From an uncultured Solirubrobacterales bacterium (lineage in GTDB: Bacteria; Actinomycetota; Thermoleophilia; Solirubrobacterales; 70-9): DNA of 64,000 bases. The stretch's first letter is position 1, and each line of letters starts with the position of its first letter. The position numbers were made by a program, and so were the translations under genes. The stretch covers positions 6,386 to 70,385 of the forward strand of contig CAVZEV010000003.1 in assembly GCA_963774405.1 (NCBI GenBank). The letters run 5' to 3'. This document shows positions 33,433-41,782 of this stretch, piece after piece. Below the pieces are notes generated by a model. That model saw only the letters and a program-made list of their open reading frames with translations, was not told where the DNA came from and searched no databases.

Positions 33433-34602
33433 TTAGAGCTGGACGGGCTCGCCTGGGTTCCAGCGGGTGCGGGGATCGATCGAGGACTCGATCACGCGGT
33501 CCTTGTAGCGCTCGATCGTGTGGATCATCGACTCAACCAGCTCCTCGCCGAGCAGGGTCGGCTCGAGGCCGAGGTCGAGCAGCTTGGTGTGGATCGCGTT
33601 GTAGTAGTGGTGCTCCTTCTCGACCCGGGGGTTCTCGTAGTGCTGGACCTCCACCGAGTAGCCGAGGTGCTCGCCGGCGTGCTTGACCAGGTGCGCCAGC
33701 TCGATCACCGAGAACTGCTCGGTGAACTGGTTGAAGACGCGGAACTCGCCCGCCTCGGCCGGATTGAGCGCGGCCAGTTCGACGCAGGCGAGGGTGTCGC
33801 GGATGTTGAGGAAGCCGCGGGTCTGGGTGCCCTCGCCGTAGACGGTCAGCGGGTGACCGATCACCGCCTGCAGGCAGAAGCGGTTGAGCACGGTGCCGAA
33901 GATCTCGTCGTAGTCGAAGCGGGTGAGCAGGCGCTCGTCGCGGGCGGTCTCCTCGGTCTGGATCCCGTAGACGACGCCCTGGTTGAGGTCGGTGGCGCGC
34001 AGGCCCCAGGTGCGGCAGGCGAAGTGGATGTTGGTCGAGTCGTGGACCTTGGAGCAGTGATAGAGCGAGGCCGGCAGCTTCGGGAAGGGCAGGGTGTCCC
34101 TGCGGCCCTTGTGCTCGATCTCGATGTAGCCCTCCTCGATGTCGATGTCGGGCTGGCCGTACTCCCCCATCGTGCCGAGCTTGACCAGGTGGCAGTCGGG
34201 GACGTGGTCGCGGATCGCGAAGAGCAGGTTGAGGTTGCCGATCACGTTGGCGTACTGGGTCTCGACCGCCTTCTCGCGCGAGGCCATCGAGTAGGGCGCC
34301 GAGGCCTGCTGGCCGTAGTGGACGACTGCCTCGGGCCGGACCTCGGCGACGACGGCTTCGAGGAAGTCGCCGTCCTGGACCGAGCCCTGGAAGCTGCGGA
34401 TCTCCTCGCCGGAGATCTCCTTCCAGGCGGCGATGCGCCGATCGAGGTCGACGATCGGCGTCAGCGAGCCGCTGCCGGCGTCTTCGTGCCAGCGGCGGCG
34501 AGAGAAGTCGTCGACGACTGAGACCTCGTGACCGCGGGCCGAGAACCTCATAGCCGTCGGCCAGCCCAGGTAGCCGTCGCCCCCAAGAATGAGAACGCGC
34601 AT
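33433..34602 (-). CDS. sqdB: UDP-sulfoquinovose synthase (SQD1/SqdB-like NAD-dependent SDR)
   Basis: MRVLILGGDGYLGWPTAM...SAPYSM...HLVKLGTMGEYGQPDIDIEEGYIEIEH...LYHCSKVHDS...ATDLNQGVVYG...GEFRVFNQFTEQFSV matches my recollection of plant SQD1 almost block by block. Confidence 0.82.
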   Translation of the reverse strand: MRVLILGGDGYLGWPTAMRFSARGHEVSVVDDFSRRRWHEDAGSGSLTPIVDLDRRIAAWKEISGEEIRSFQGSVQDGDFLEAVVAEVRPEAVVHYGQQASAPYSMASREKAVETQYANVIGNLNLLFAIRDHVPDCHLVKLGTMGEYGQPDIDIEEGYIEIEHKGRRDTLPFPKLPASLYHCSKVHDSTNIHFACRTWGLRATDLNQGVVYGIQTEETARDERLLTRFDYDEIFGTVLNRFCLQAVIGHPLTVYGEGTQTRGFLNIRDTLACVELAALNPAEAGEFRVFNQFTEQFSVIELAHLVKHAGEHLGYSVEVQHYENPRVEKEHHYYNAIHTKLLDLGLEPTLLGEELVESMIHTIERYKDRVIESSIDPRTRWNPGEPVQL

Positions 34603-34646
34603 AGGTCGCGGCAGCGTAGCGGACAGGCGGGACATAGCATCGCGCT

Positions 34647-36001
34647 GTGAAGCGGACGGTGGCGCTGGTCGCGATCCTGCTGCTCGGGCTGGGGCTGCGG
34701 GCGAATGAGGCATGGGACGGGCGTTCGCCCGTCTTCGACGCCGCCGCCTACGCGACGATCGCGGCGAACCTCGATCGCGGCGACGGGTTCACGCTTGGCC
34801 GCGGCGCAACCCAGCCGGCGAGCAACTACTCCCCCGGCCTGCCGCTCTTCGTCGCCGGGGTCTACGAGGTGGCCGGTGGCGTGCACGAACGCACGGCGCG
34901 GCTCCTGCTCGCGTTGCTCGGGACGCTGTCGGTGCTCTTCACATACCTGATCGGGCGACGCCTGTCTGGACCTGCGGCCGGCCTGATTGGTGCCACGGCC
35001 ATCGCCATCTACCCCGCCCTGCTCGAGTACCAGGGGATGCTGATGGGCGAGCCGCTTGCGGCGACGCTGTTGTCTGGGGCAGTCCTGGCAATGCTCTGGG
35101 CAGACGGTGCAAGACAGACGGATCCGGCGAGCGGGCCTGTCGTGGGGCAGGGGGGCCTGCGGGCAGTCCACGGGCTGTCCTCGACCCCCCTACCCCACGC
35201 CACCCGCTCGTCAGATGGGTGCTGCCAGGCACCCTGCTCGGGGCGCTGGCGCTAGTCCGACCGGAGTACATCGGGGTCGCCTTGCTCGTCAGCTCGGTGG
35301 TTCTTCTAAGGCAGGGGTGGCGCAGCAGCTCGCATACGTGGGTTCAGGCGCTGTTGCTGCTCGCGGGGGTAGTGGTGGTCGTGGCGCCTTGGACGGTGCG
35401 CAATGCGGTAGCGCTGGATCGGTTCGTGCCGGTCTCGACGGGCGGAGGTCAGGTGCTGTTCGCGGGGACGTACCTGCCATCGAATGGCGACCCGGAAAAG
35501 GTCGGGGCCGAGGTGGTCAAACATCACCCGGGATTGTTCGGGCAGCACGCGGTGCAGCGATTGCGGCTGGAGCAGATCCTGGCGCGGTTGGCGCAGCAGC
35601 GCTATCCAAGGATGGAAAGCGACAGGGCGCTCTCGAAGATGGGCAAGGAACAGCTCTGGGACGACCTCAGCGAAGAGCCGCTCGAATACGTCGGCTTCGT
35701 GGCAAAGAAGGTGGCGCGGATCTGGTCGCACGGGCCGCGCGACGTGATGCGCGAGCCGGGCTGGGAGCTGCTGCACTGGCTGCTGCTCGCCTTCGGGCTG
35801 GTCGGCCTGATTGTCCTCGCTGCTCAGCGGCGCTGGGAGGCGCTGCTGATCGCGACGATCTTCGTTGCGATCACCGCGATCAGCACCCTGCTGGTGGCCT
35901 CGCCGCGGCGGGTGCTGGTGATGATGCCGCTGGTCGCGGCCCTGGCCGGCGTCGGGGCGATGGCCTGTCGGGATAGCCTCGCGCGGCGATGGCAAAGTTG
36001 A
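34647..36001 (+). pseudogene. GT-C fold glycosyltransferase (PMT_2/ArnT-like), reading frame interrupted by an 83-bp element
   Basis: The N-terminal ORF 34647..35255 (...FDAAAYATIAANLDRGDGF...SPGLPLFVAG...) and the C-terminal part of ORF 34712..36001 (...VRWVLPGTLLGALALVRPEYIG...) join in frame if 35128..35210 is removed. Confidence 0.75.
35128..35210 (+). repeat. 83-bp quasi-palindromic insertion element (copy A)
   Basis: CGAGCGGGCCTGTCGTGGGGCAGGGGGG...CCCCCCTACCCCACGCCACCCGCTCG. It is about 94% identical to the reverse complement of 36515..36597. Confidence 0.85.
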
Positions 36002-37394
36002 AGGCCTGGCTGCGCGGGCTCCCGGAGCGCCACGGGCGCAGGACGCTGATCGTGCTGGCGGCGATCCTGCTGCTCGGCTTCGGCCTGCGCGCCTATCGCG
36101 TGGTCGAGCCGCTGCCGGTGCCCGGCGACGATGCTCATGCCTATTACGCGCTCTCGAAGTCGCTCTACACCGAAGGCAGCTTCGGCGGGCCGACCTTCCA
36201 CAACCCCAGCGACTGGTCCCCCGGCGCCCCGCTCCTCTACGCGGCGAGCTTCTACGCGACCGCCGGCGCCCGCGAAGGCACCGCCCGCATCGTCGAGATG
36301 CTCCTCGGCCTCGCGACCATCCTCGTCACCTACCTACTCGGCCGCCGCATCTCCTGCCGCCCCGCCGGCCTCCTCGCCGCTCTCGCGGTAGCCGTCTACC
36401 CCCCCTTCATCCACTCCGTCGGCGCTCTCTACTCGGAGCCCCCGGCGATGTTCACGCTCCCCGCCGCGGTCCTCGCTTTCCTCTGGGCCTCCGACGGCCT
36501 GAGCCGCGGCACCTCGAGCGGGTGGCGTGTGGCAGGGGGGTCGAGGACAGCCCGTGGACTGCCCGCAGACCCCCCTGCCACACGACAGGCCCGCTCGCCA
36601 GGTGGCTCGTCCCTGGCTTTTTGTTCGGCCTGACAGCAATGTTCAGGCCCGAGTACCTCCTGGTGGGCGTGGCCTTTGCGGTGCTGGCCCTGATCAGAGT
36701 CGGCCGCGCCCGTGGCTGGAAGCCGGGCCTTGCCGGCGCCGCGCTGCTGGTCGCTGCCCTGCTGCTGCCGATCGTCCCCTGGGCGATCCGCAACCAGATA
36801 GTCCTGCACCGCACGGTGCCGATCTCGACCGGCGGCGGCAAGGCGCTCTACGTCGGCACCTTCCTGCCGGCCGACGGCGAATACCAGCGGGTCAAGGCGA
36901 TCCTCGCCAAGCGCTACCTGCACCGCGAATACGACCCGCACTCCCAAGCCCTGGAAGAAGTCGACCCCGTGCCGCTCTTCAACCGGGTCGCCAAGCGCTA
37001 CCCGGACCTGCCACGCGACTCGGCGCTGGGCAAGATCGGCAAACAGAACTTCTCCCACTGGTTCGGCGAAGACCCGCTCGAATACCTGGCGATGACCGTG
37101 CGCAAGGCCTGGCGGATGTGGAGCGCCGGGATCGGCGAAGCGATGGAAAGCACCGCCGGAAGGGTGATCCAGACCCTGATCGTCGCGCTCGCCCTCGCCG
37201 GTCTCGCCGTGCTCGCCTGGCGGCGTTGGTGGTGGGAGCTGGTCGCGATGGCGACGCCGATCGCGCTCGTCACCGCCGTCGGCGCGATCTCGCTGGCCGC
37301 GCCGCGCCGCAACGAGGTGCTGATGACCTTGATCTTTCCGCTTGCCGCGGCGGCCCTCTCGCGGGGGACGGCGGCCGTATTGTCCAGGCGGTAA
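35989..37394 (+). pseudogene. GT-C fold glycosyltransferase paralog (PMT_2/ArnT-like), interrupted by the same 83-bp element in inverted orientation
   Basis: The N-terminal ORF 35989..36633 (...GDDAHAYYALSKSLY...SPGAPLLYAAS...) and the C-terminal ORF 36522..37394 (...RWLVPGFLFGLTAMFRPEYLL...) join in frame if 36515..36597 is removed. Confidence 0.75.
36515..36597 (-). repeat. 83-bp quasi-palindromic insertion element (copy B, inverted)
   Basis: CGAGCGGGTGGCGTGTGGCAGGGGGG...CCCCCCTGCCACACGACAGGCCCGCTCG. Confidence 0.85.
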
Positions 37395-38461
37395 TGGCTC
37401 TCTATGCAGGCATCTTTCCGGCCGAACTGACGGCGCTGCGCAGCGTCGGACTGATCGGCGGGATCGCCCTGATCGCCTACGCCGTGGCCCGGCGCCGCTC
37501 GCTGCGCAACGCCGAGGTGCTGATCCTGCTCGCCGCCGGGATCGGCCTGCTGCTCGTCTCCGGCACCGAAATCACCGACAAGCTGCTCTCCGCCTTCTCC
37601 TTCGAAAAGGGCAACGGGGGGCGCATCCTCGGCCTCGCCGTCTTCGCGATCTTCATCCTCTTCGGGCTGATCCTGCGGGCGCTCTCCCAGGGAGCGCGCA
37701 ACGCCCGCCAGCTCTCGGCCGCACTTGAGGGACTTGCCTGGGAGGAGTTCCGCCAGGCCAAGCTGCCGGAACGCTTCCGCGGCAAGGTCGCGGTCCTCGT
37801 CCCGGCCTACAACGAGGCCGAGAACATCGGCCACGTGCTGGACCTGATGCCGAAGGAGGTATGCGGCGTCGAGACCGCGGTGCTCGTCGTCGACGACGGC
37901 TCGCGCGACGGAACCGGTGACGTCGCCGCCGAGCACGGTGCCGCCGTCGCCCGCCACGTCACCAACCGCGGCGGCGGCGCGGCGCTGCGCACCGGCTACC
38001 GGCTGATGGTCGAATCGGGAGCCGAGATCGTCGTCACCCTCGACGCCGACGGCCAGCACCTGCCTGCGGAGATGGAGCGCCTGGTCAAACCGGTGCTCGA
38101 CGGCAAGGTCGATGTCGCTCACGGCTCGCGCGTGCTCGGCCAGGCCGACCGCAGCCACTTCGCCCGCGAGCTCGGCATCGTCTTCTTCAACCGGCTCGTC
38201 TCGGCGATCACCCGCACCCACGTCACCGACTGCTCCAACGGCTACCGCGCCGTGCGCACCACGGTGCTGCCCCAGCTCGTCCTGCGCCAGGAGCAGTTCC
38301 ACACCTCCGAGTTCATGATCGAGGCGATCAAGCGCGAAATCCCCGCCCGCGAGGTGCCGATCACAGTCGAGCAGCGCCTGCACGGCCACTCCAAGAAGCC
38401 GGCCGTCTTCCGCTACGGCATGGGCTTCGCCAACGCGATCGTCCGCACCTGGCTGCGCTGA
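37394..38461 (+). CDS. GT2-family glycosyltransferase (polyprenyl-phosphate glycosyltransferase-like) with an N-terminal 3-TM extension
   Basis: TAATG overlap with the upstream gene. ...VAVLVPAYNEAENIGHVLDLM...VLVVDDGSRDGT...VTLDADGQH... Confidence 0.82.
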   Translation: MALYAGIFPAELTALRSVGLIGGIALIAYAVARRRSLRNAEVLILLAAGIGLLLVSGTEITDKLLSAFSFEKGNGGRILGLAVFAIFILFGLILRALSQGARNARQLSAALEGLAWEEFRQAKLPERFRGKVAVLVPAYNEAENIGHVLDLMPKEVCGVETAVLVVDDGSRDGTGDVAAEHGAAVARHVTNRGGGAALRTGYRLMVESGAEIVVTLDADGQHLPAEMERLVKPVLDGKVDVAHGSRVLGQADRSHFARELGIVFFNRLVSAITRTHVTDCSNGYRAVRTTVLPQLVLRQEQFHTSEFMIEAIKREIPAREVPITVEQRLHGHSKKPAVFRYGMGFANAIVRTWLR

Positions 38462-38465
38462 GACC

Positions 38466-38750
38466 TCAGCGGACGCCGGGGTGCCGGACGGCGGCCGGGT
38501 CGGGCAGGTACAGATCGGTGCCGCAGCGCGGGCAGACCTGGACGTAGAGCTTCAGCGCCTTGCGGCAGTTGGGGCACTGGCGTTCGGGTTCGTCCTTCTC
38601 GCGGCGGTAGAGGATCGCCGCGATCAGGCCGAGTATCAGCAGCACGCTCCCGATCACCAGCCAGAGCCAGAAGGAGCTGCCCTTGGCCTTGCCGATGATC
38701 GCGGTGGCTAGTCCGAAGGAGAAGGCGATGAAGAGGTACTCGAATCCCAT
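38466..38750 (-). CDS. small membrane protein with C-terminal zinc ribbon
   Basis: MGFEYLFIAFSFGLATAIIGKAKGSSFWLWLVIGSVLLILGLIAAILY...CPNCRKALKLYVQVCPRCG. Its start lies 43 nt inside the ndh 3' end. Confidence 0.5.
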   Translation of the reverse strand: MGFEYLFIAFSFGLATAIIGKAKGSSFWLWLVIGSVLLILGLIAAILYRREKDEPERQCPNCRKALKLYVQVCPRCGTDLYLPDPAAVRHPGVR

Positions 38751-40033
38751 GGCCCTATTGTCGCCTCCAGCGCCTTCGGGTGCCCGATCGAGCCGACCTC
38801 GGAGGTGTCCCGGCGGAAGGGCAGGCTGGCGGTCCAGTCGATCACGGCGCGGGTCTTGCGGGCGGCGCCCGGGATCTGGCTCATGTGGTAGGTCCGCGCC
38901 ATCCACCAGGCCGGAAAGCCGCGGAAGGTGCGGTCGCCGATCTTGCCGACCGCCTTGTAGCGACCGAGGTTGACGAACGCCGCGTTGCTCTTGTAGGTGA
39001 AGGGGCCGGCGCTGCCGATCCCTAGCTCGGCGGCGATGTTGCGAGCCGCGACCGGGCCCTGGCGGACCGCGTGCTGGGCGGTCGGCGGGCAGAGGCCGCC
39101 GCGGGGATCGGGCGCGGCGGCGCAGTCGCCGATCGCCCAGACCGAGTCGAGGCCCCTGACCCGCAGGTGGTCGTCAACCGGGACGCGGCCGCGCTCGTCG
39201 AGCGGCAGCGAGAGCCCGCGCAGGCTCGGGTGCGGGGCGACGCCGGCGGTCCAGACGACGGTGCGGGTCGGCAGCGTCTCGCCTGTGGCGATCCGAGCGC
39301 TGTCGGCTCGCACCTCCTCCAGGGTGGTGCCGAGGCGGACGTCGATACCGCGGCCGCGCAGCTCGCGCAGGGCGTAGTCGGCGAGCTCGGCGTCGATCTC
39401 GGGCAGAACGCGATCGGAGGCCTCGACCAGCACCCAGCGCATGCCATGCAGGCGCGCCCGCGGGTAGCGCTCGATCGCGTCGGCGGCGAAATCCTGCAGC
39501 TCGGCCAGCGCCTCGAGGCCGGCGTAGCCGCCGCCGACGAAGACGTAGGTGAGCAGCTCGTCGCGCCGCGCCGCGTCGTCGGTCGCGTTGGCGGCCTCGA
39601 GCGTCTCGATCACGTGATTGCGCAGCCAGATCGCGTCGGCCAGGCTCTTGAACCCGATCGCGTGCTCGGAGAGCCCCGGCACCGGCAGCACCCGCGAGAC
39701 CGAGCCGAGCGCCAGCAGCAGCTGGTCGTAGGGCAGCTGCTCGACATCGCCCTCGCGCGTGCGCAGCTCGACCGTCTTGGCGACCGAATCGTGCCCGGCG
39801 ATCGATCCCAGCCTCAGGTAGGTGCGCTTGAGGATCTCGCGCAGCGGCGTCACCACGTGCCGCGGCTCGAGCGTCCCCGCGGCCGCCTCCGGCAGGAACG
39901 GCGTGTAGAGCATGAAGTTGGCGTCGTTGACCAGCACCAGCCGGGTCGACTGCCGCGGCATGATCCGCTCCAGCTCCCGCGCCGCCATCGCGCCCCCGAA
40001 TCCACCTCCGGCGATGACAACGTTCCAGGCCAT
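38708..40033 (-). CDS. ndh: type II NADH dehydrogenase (NDH-2)
   Basis: MAWNVVIAGGGFGGAMAARELE...LVNDANFMLYTPFLPEAAAGTLEPRHV...FVGGGYAGLEALAEL.... ATG at 40033. Confidence 0.88.
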   Translation of the reverse strand: MAWNVVIAGGGFGGAMAARELERIMPRQSTRLVLVNDANFMLYTPFLPEAAAGTLEPRHVVTPLREILKRTYLRLGSIAGHDSVAKTVELRTREGDVEQLPYDQLLLALGSVSRVLPVPGLSEHAIGFKSLADAIWLRNHVIETLEAANATDDAARRDELLTYVFVGGGYAGLEALAELQDFAADAIERYPRARLHGMRWVLVEASDRVLPEIDAELADYALRELRGRGIDVRLGTTLEEVRADSARIATGETLPTRTVVWTAGVAPHPSLRGLSLPLDERGRVPVDDHLRVRGLDSVWAIGDCAAAPDPRGGLCPPTAQHAVRQGPVAARNIAAELGIGSAGPFTYKSNAAFVNLGRYKAVGKIGDRTFRGFPAWWMARTYHMSQIPGAARKTRAVIDWTASLPFRRDTSEVGSIGHPKALEATIGPWDSSTSSSPSPSD

Positions 40034-40040
40034 TGGCTGC

Positions 40041-40072
40041 AACTTAGCACTTTGTAACAACTTGTTACAAAG
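40041..40072 (-). promoter_or_regulatory. 23-bp perfect palindrome overlapping a putative leaderless ndh promoter
   Basis: CTTTGTAACAA-C-TTGTTACAAAG (40050-40072). On the minus strand the order is TTGTAA, 18 nt, TAAGTT, 7 nt, ATG. It is AT-rich within GC-rich DNA. Confidence 0.4.
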
Positions 40073-40161
40073 TATCGGAAGATACATATCCGCCAGCCCC
40101 GGGGCGCCGACAGACGTGCAGCGCTAACATTTCAGTACTTCGTGACGTGTTCACAGAGCTG

Positions 40162-40198
40162 AACGGCCCCGGGCGTGTACCCGGGGCCGTTTCTTTTT
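40162..40198 (+). terminator. canonical intrinsic terminator oriented on the plus strand
   Basis: AACGGCCCCGGG-cgtgta-CCCGGGGCCGTT (12 bp) followed by TCTTTTT. No annotated plus-strand gene ends here. Confidence 0.6.
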
Positions 40199-40345
40199 GG
40201 CGGTTGCCCCTACCGATCTGCGAGCTTCGAAGCGAGCGCGATCAGCGCCCTCATCACGCCGGCAAATGCCAGGAGAACCGCCGCTTCTGGCGTGTTCACG
40301 ACCTCCTAAGTGTTGGGACACAAGCGCCTCGCCCCGGCGACCTGT

Positions 40346-41782
40346 CTACCGCCGGAGCTTCTCCTGGATTAGCCGGTTGACCTCGCCGCCGTCAGCGCGG
40401 CCCTTGGTCTGCTTCATCACGGCGCCGACGATGGCGCCGATCGCCTTGCCGTTGCCCGCCTTGATCTGCTCAGCGGCATCCGGGTTGGCCTCGATCGCGG
40501 CGGCGACGATCGACTCGAGCTCACCGCTGTCGGAGATCTGGGCGAGTCCCTCGCGCTCGACGATCTCGGCTGGGTCCCCGCCCTCAGCGACCAGGGTGGC
40601 GAGGACGGTCTTACCGCTGCCGTGGGAGATCTTCTTCTCGTGGACCATGGCAACCAGAGCCGCCAGTGTCTCGGGCTCGACCTTGGACTCGGCGGCGCTC
40701 GCTTCGCCCTCCTGGCGCAAGGCGGCGGCAAGCTCCCCGGTTACCCAGTTGGCAACGACGCGGGGCTCGACGCCCTCCGCGTGCTTCGAGGCCTCCTCGA
40801 AGTAGGCCGCGGTCTCCGGATCGGCGCTCAGCAGCGCCGCCACGTCGTCGGGCAGACCGAGCTGCTCGCGGTAGCGCTCGGCCCGCGCCGCAGGCAGCTC
40901 CGGCAGCGACTCGCGGGCCTCGCGCAGCATCGCCTCGGTCGGCGCGATCGCGACCAGGTCCGGCTCGGGGAAGTAGCGGTAGTCGTGCGCCTCCTCCTTG
41001 GAGCGCAGCGGGTGCAGGCTGTCGTCCTCGGGATGGAAGTGGAGCGTCTCCTGCTCGACCGTCCCCCCCGCTTCGATCAGCTCGCGCTGGCGGGCCAGCT
41101 CGGCTTCGATCCCGCGCTCGAGGAAGCGGAAGCTGTTCATGTTCTTCAGCTCGGTCTTCGTCCCCAACTCCTCGCTGCCGGCGGGCCGCACCGAGATGTT
41201 GCCGTCGACGCGCAGGCTGCCCTCCTCCATGTTGACGTCGGAGACGCCGAGCTGGCGCACCGTCTCACGCAGCAGGCGAGCCCATGACGCGGCCTCGGCG
41301 GCGCTGCGCAGATCGGGCTCGGTGACGATCTCGACCAGCGGCGTGCCGCCACGGTTGAAGTCGACCAGCGAGGCGCCCGAGCCGTGAATCCGGCCCGACT
41401 CGCCGACGTGGATCATCTTCGCCGCGTCCTCCTCGAGATGGGCGCGGTGAATTCGGATGTCTCCCAGGCGGCCGGCGCCGGCGATCGGAATGTCGTACTG
41501 ACTGATCTGGTAGGCCTTCGGCGAGTCGGGATAGAAGTAGTTCTTGCGGTGGAAGATCGAGCGCGGCGCCACCTCGCACTCCAGCGCCGCGGCGATCTGC
41601 AGGGCGAAGCGGACCGCCTGCTCGTTGACCACCGGCAGCACCCCTGGATGGGCGAGGCAGACCGGACAGGTATGCACGTTGGGCTCGTCGCCAAAGGAGA
41701 GCTCACACCCGCAGAACATCTTCGTCCTCGTCGCCAGCTGCACGTGAATCTCCAGCCCAATCACCGCCTCCAGCTCAGCCAC
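40346..41782 (-). CDS. gatB: Asp/Glu-tRNA amidotransferase subunit B (start uncertain: 41782, 41791 or 41830)
   Basis: ...[30 protein letters not shown].... The GTG at 41782 has a G-run about 9 nt upstream and overlaps the gatA stop. Confidence 0.9.
   Translation of the reverse strand: MAELEAVIGLEIHVQLATRTKMFCGCELSFGDEPNVHTCPVCLAHPGVLPVVNEQAVRFALQIAAALECEVAPRSIFHRKNYFYPDSPKAYQISQYDIPIAGAGRLGDIRIHRAHLEEDAAKMIHVGESGRIHGSGASLVDFNRGGTPLVEIVTEPDLRSAAEAASWARLLRETVRQLGVSDVNMEEGSLRVDGNISVRPAGSEELGTKTELKNMNSFRFLERGIEAELARQRELIEAGGTVEQETLHFHPEDDSLHPLRSKEEAHDYRYFPEPDLVAIAPTEAMLREARESLPELPAARAERYREQLGLPDDVAALLSADPETAAYFEEASKHAEGVEPRVVANWVTGELAAALRQEGEASAAESKVEPETLAALVAMVHEKKISHGSGKTVLATLVAEGGDPAEIVEREGLAQISDSGELESIVAAAIEANPDAAEQIKAGNGKAIGAIVGAVMKQTKGRADGGEVNRLIQEKLRR

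Noticed and set aside
35128-35210. The 83-bp element as an ordinary in-frame loop-coding insertion in the glycosyltransferases.
   Set aside because: 83 is not divisible by 3. The two inverted copies would encode unrelated peptides, and both host genes change frame exactly across the element.
40210-40299. 29-aa hydrophobic ORF (VNTPEAAVLLAFAGVMRALIALASKLADR) after gatB, preceded by TAGGAGG; possible type I toxin-like peptide.
   Set aside because: The SD ends only 2 nt before the GTG, which is too close for normal initiation. No overlapping antisense transcript signal is evident. I kept it only as a remote possibility.
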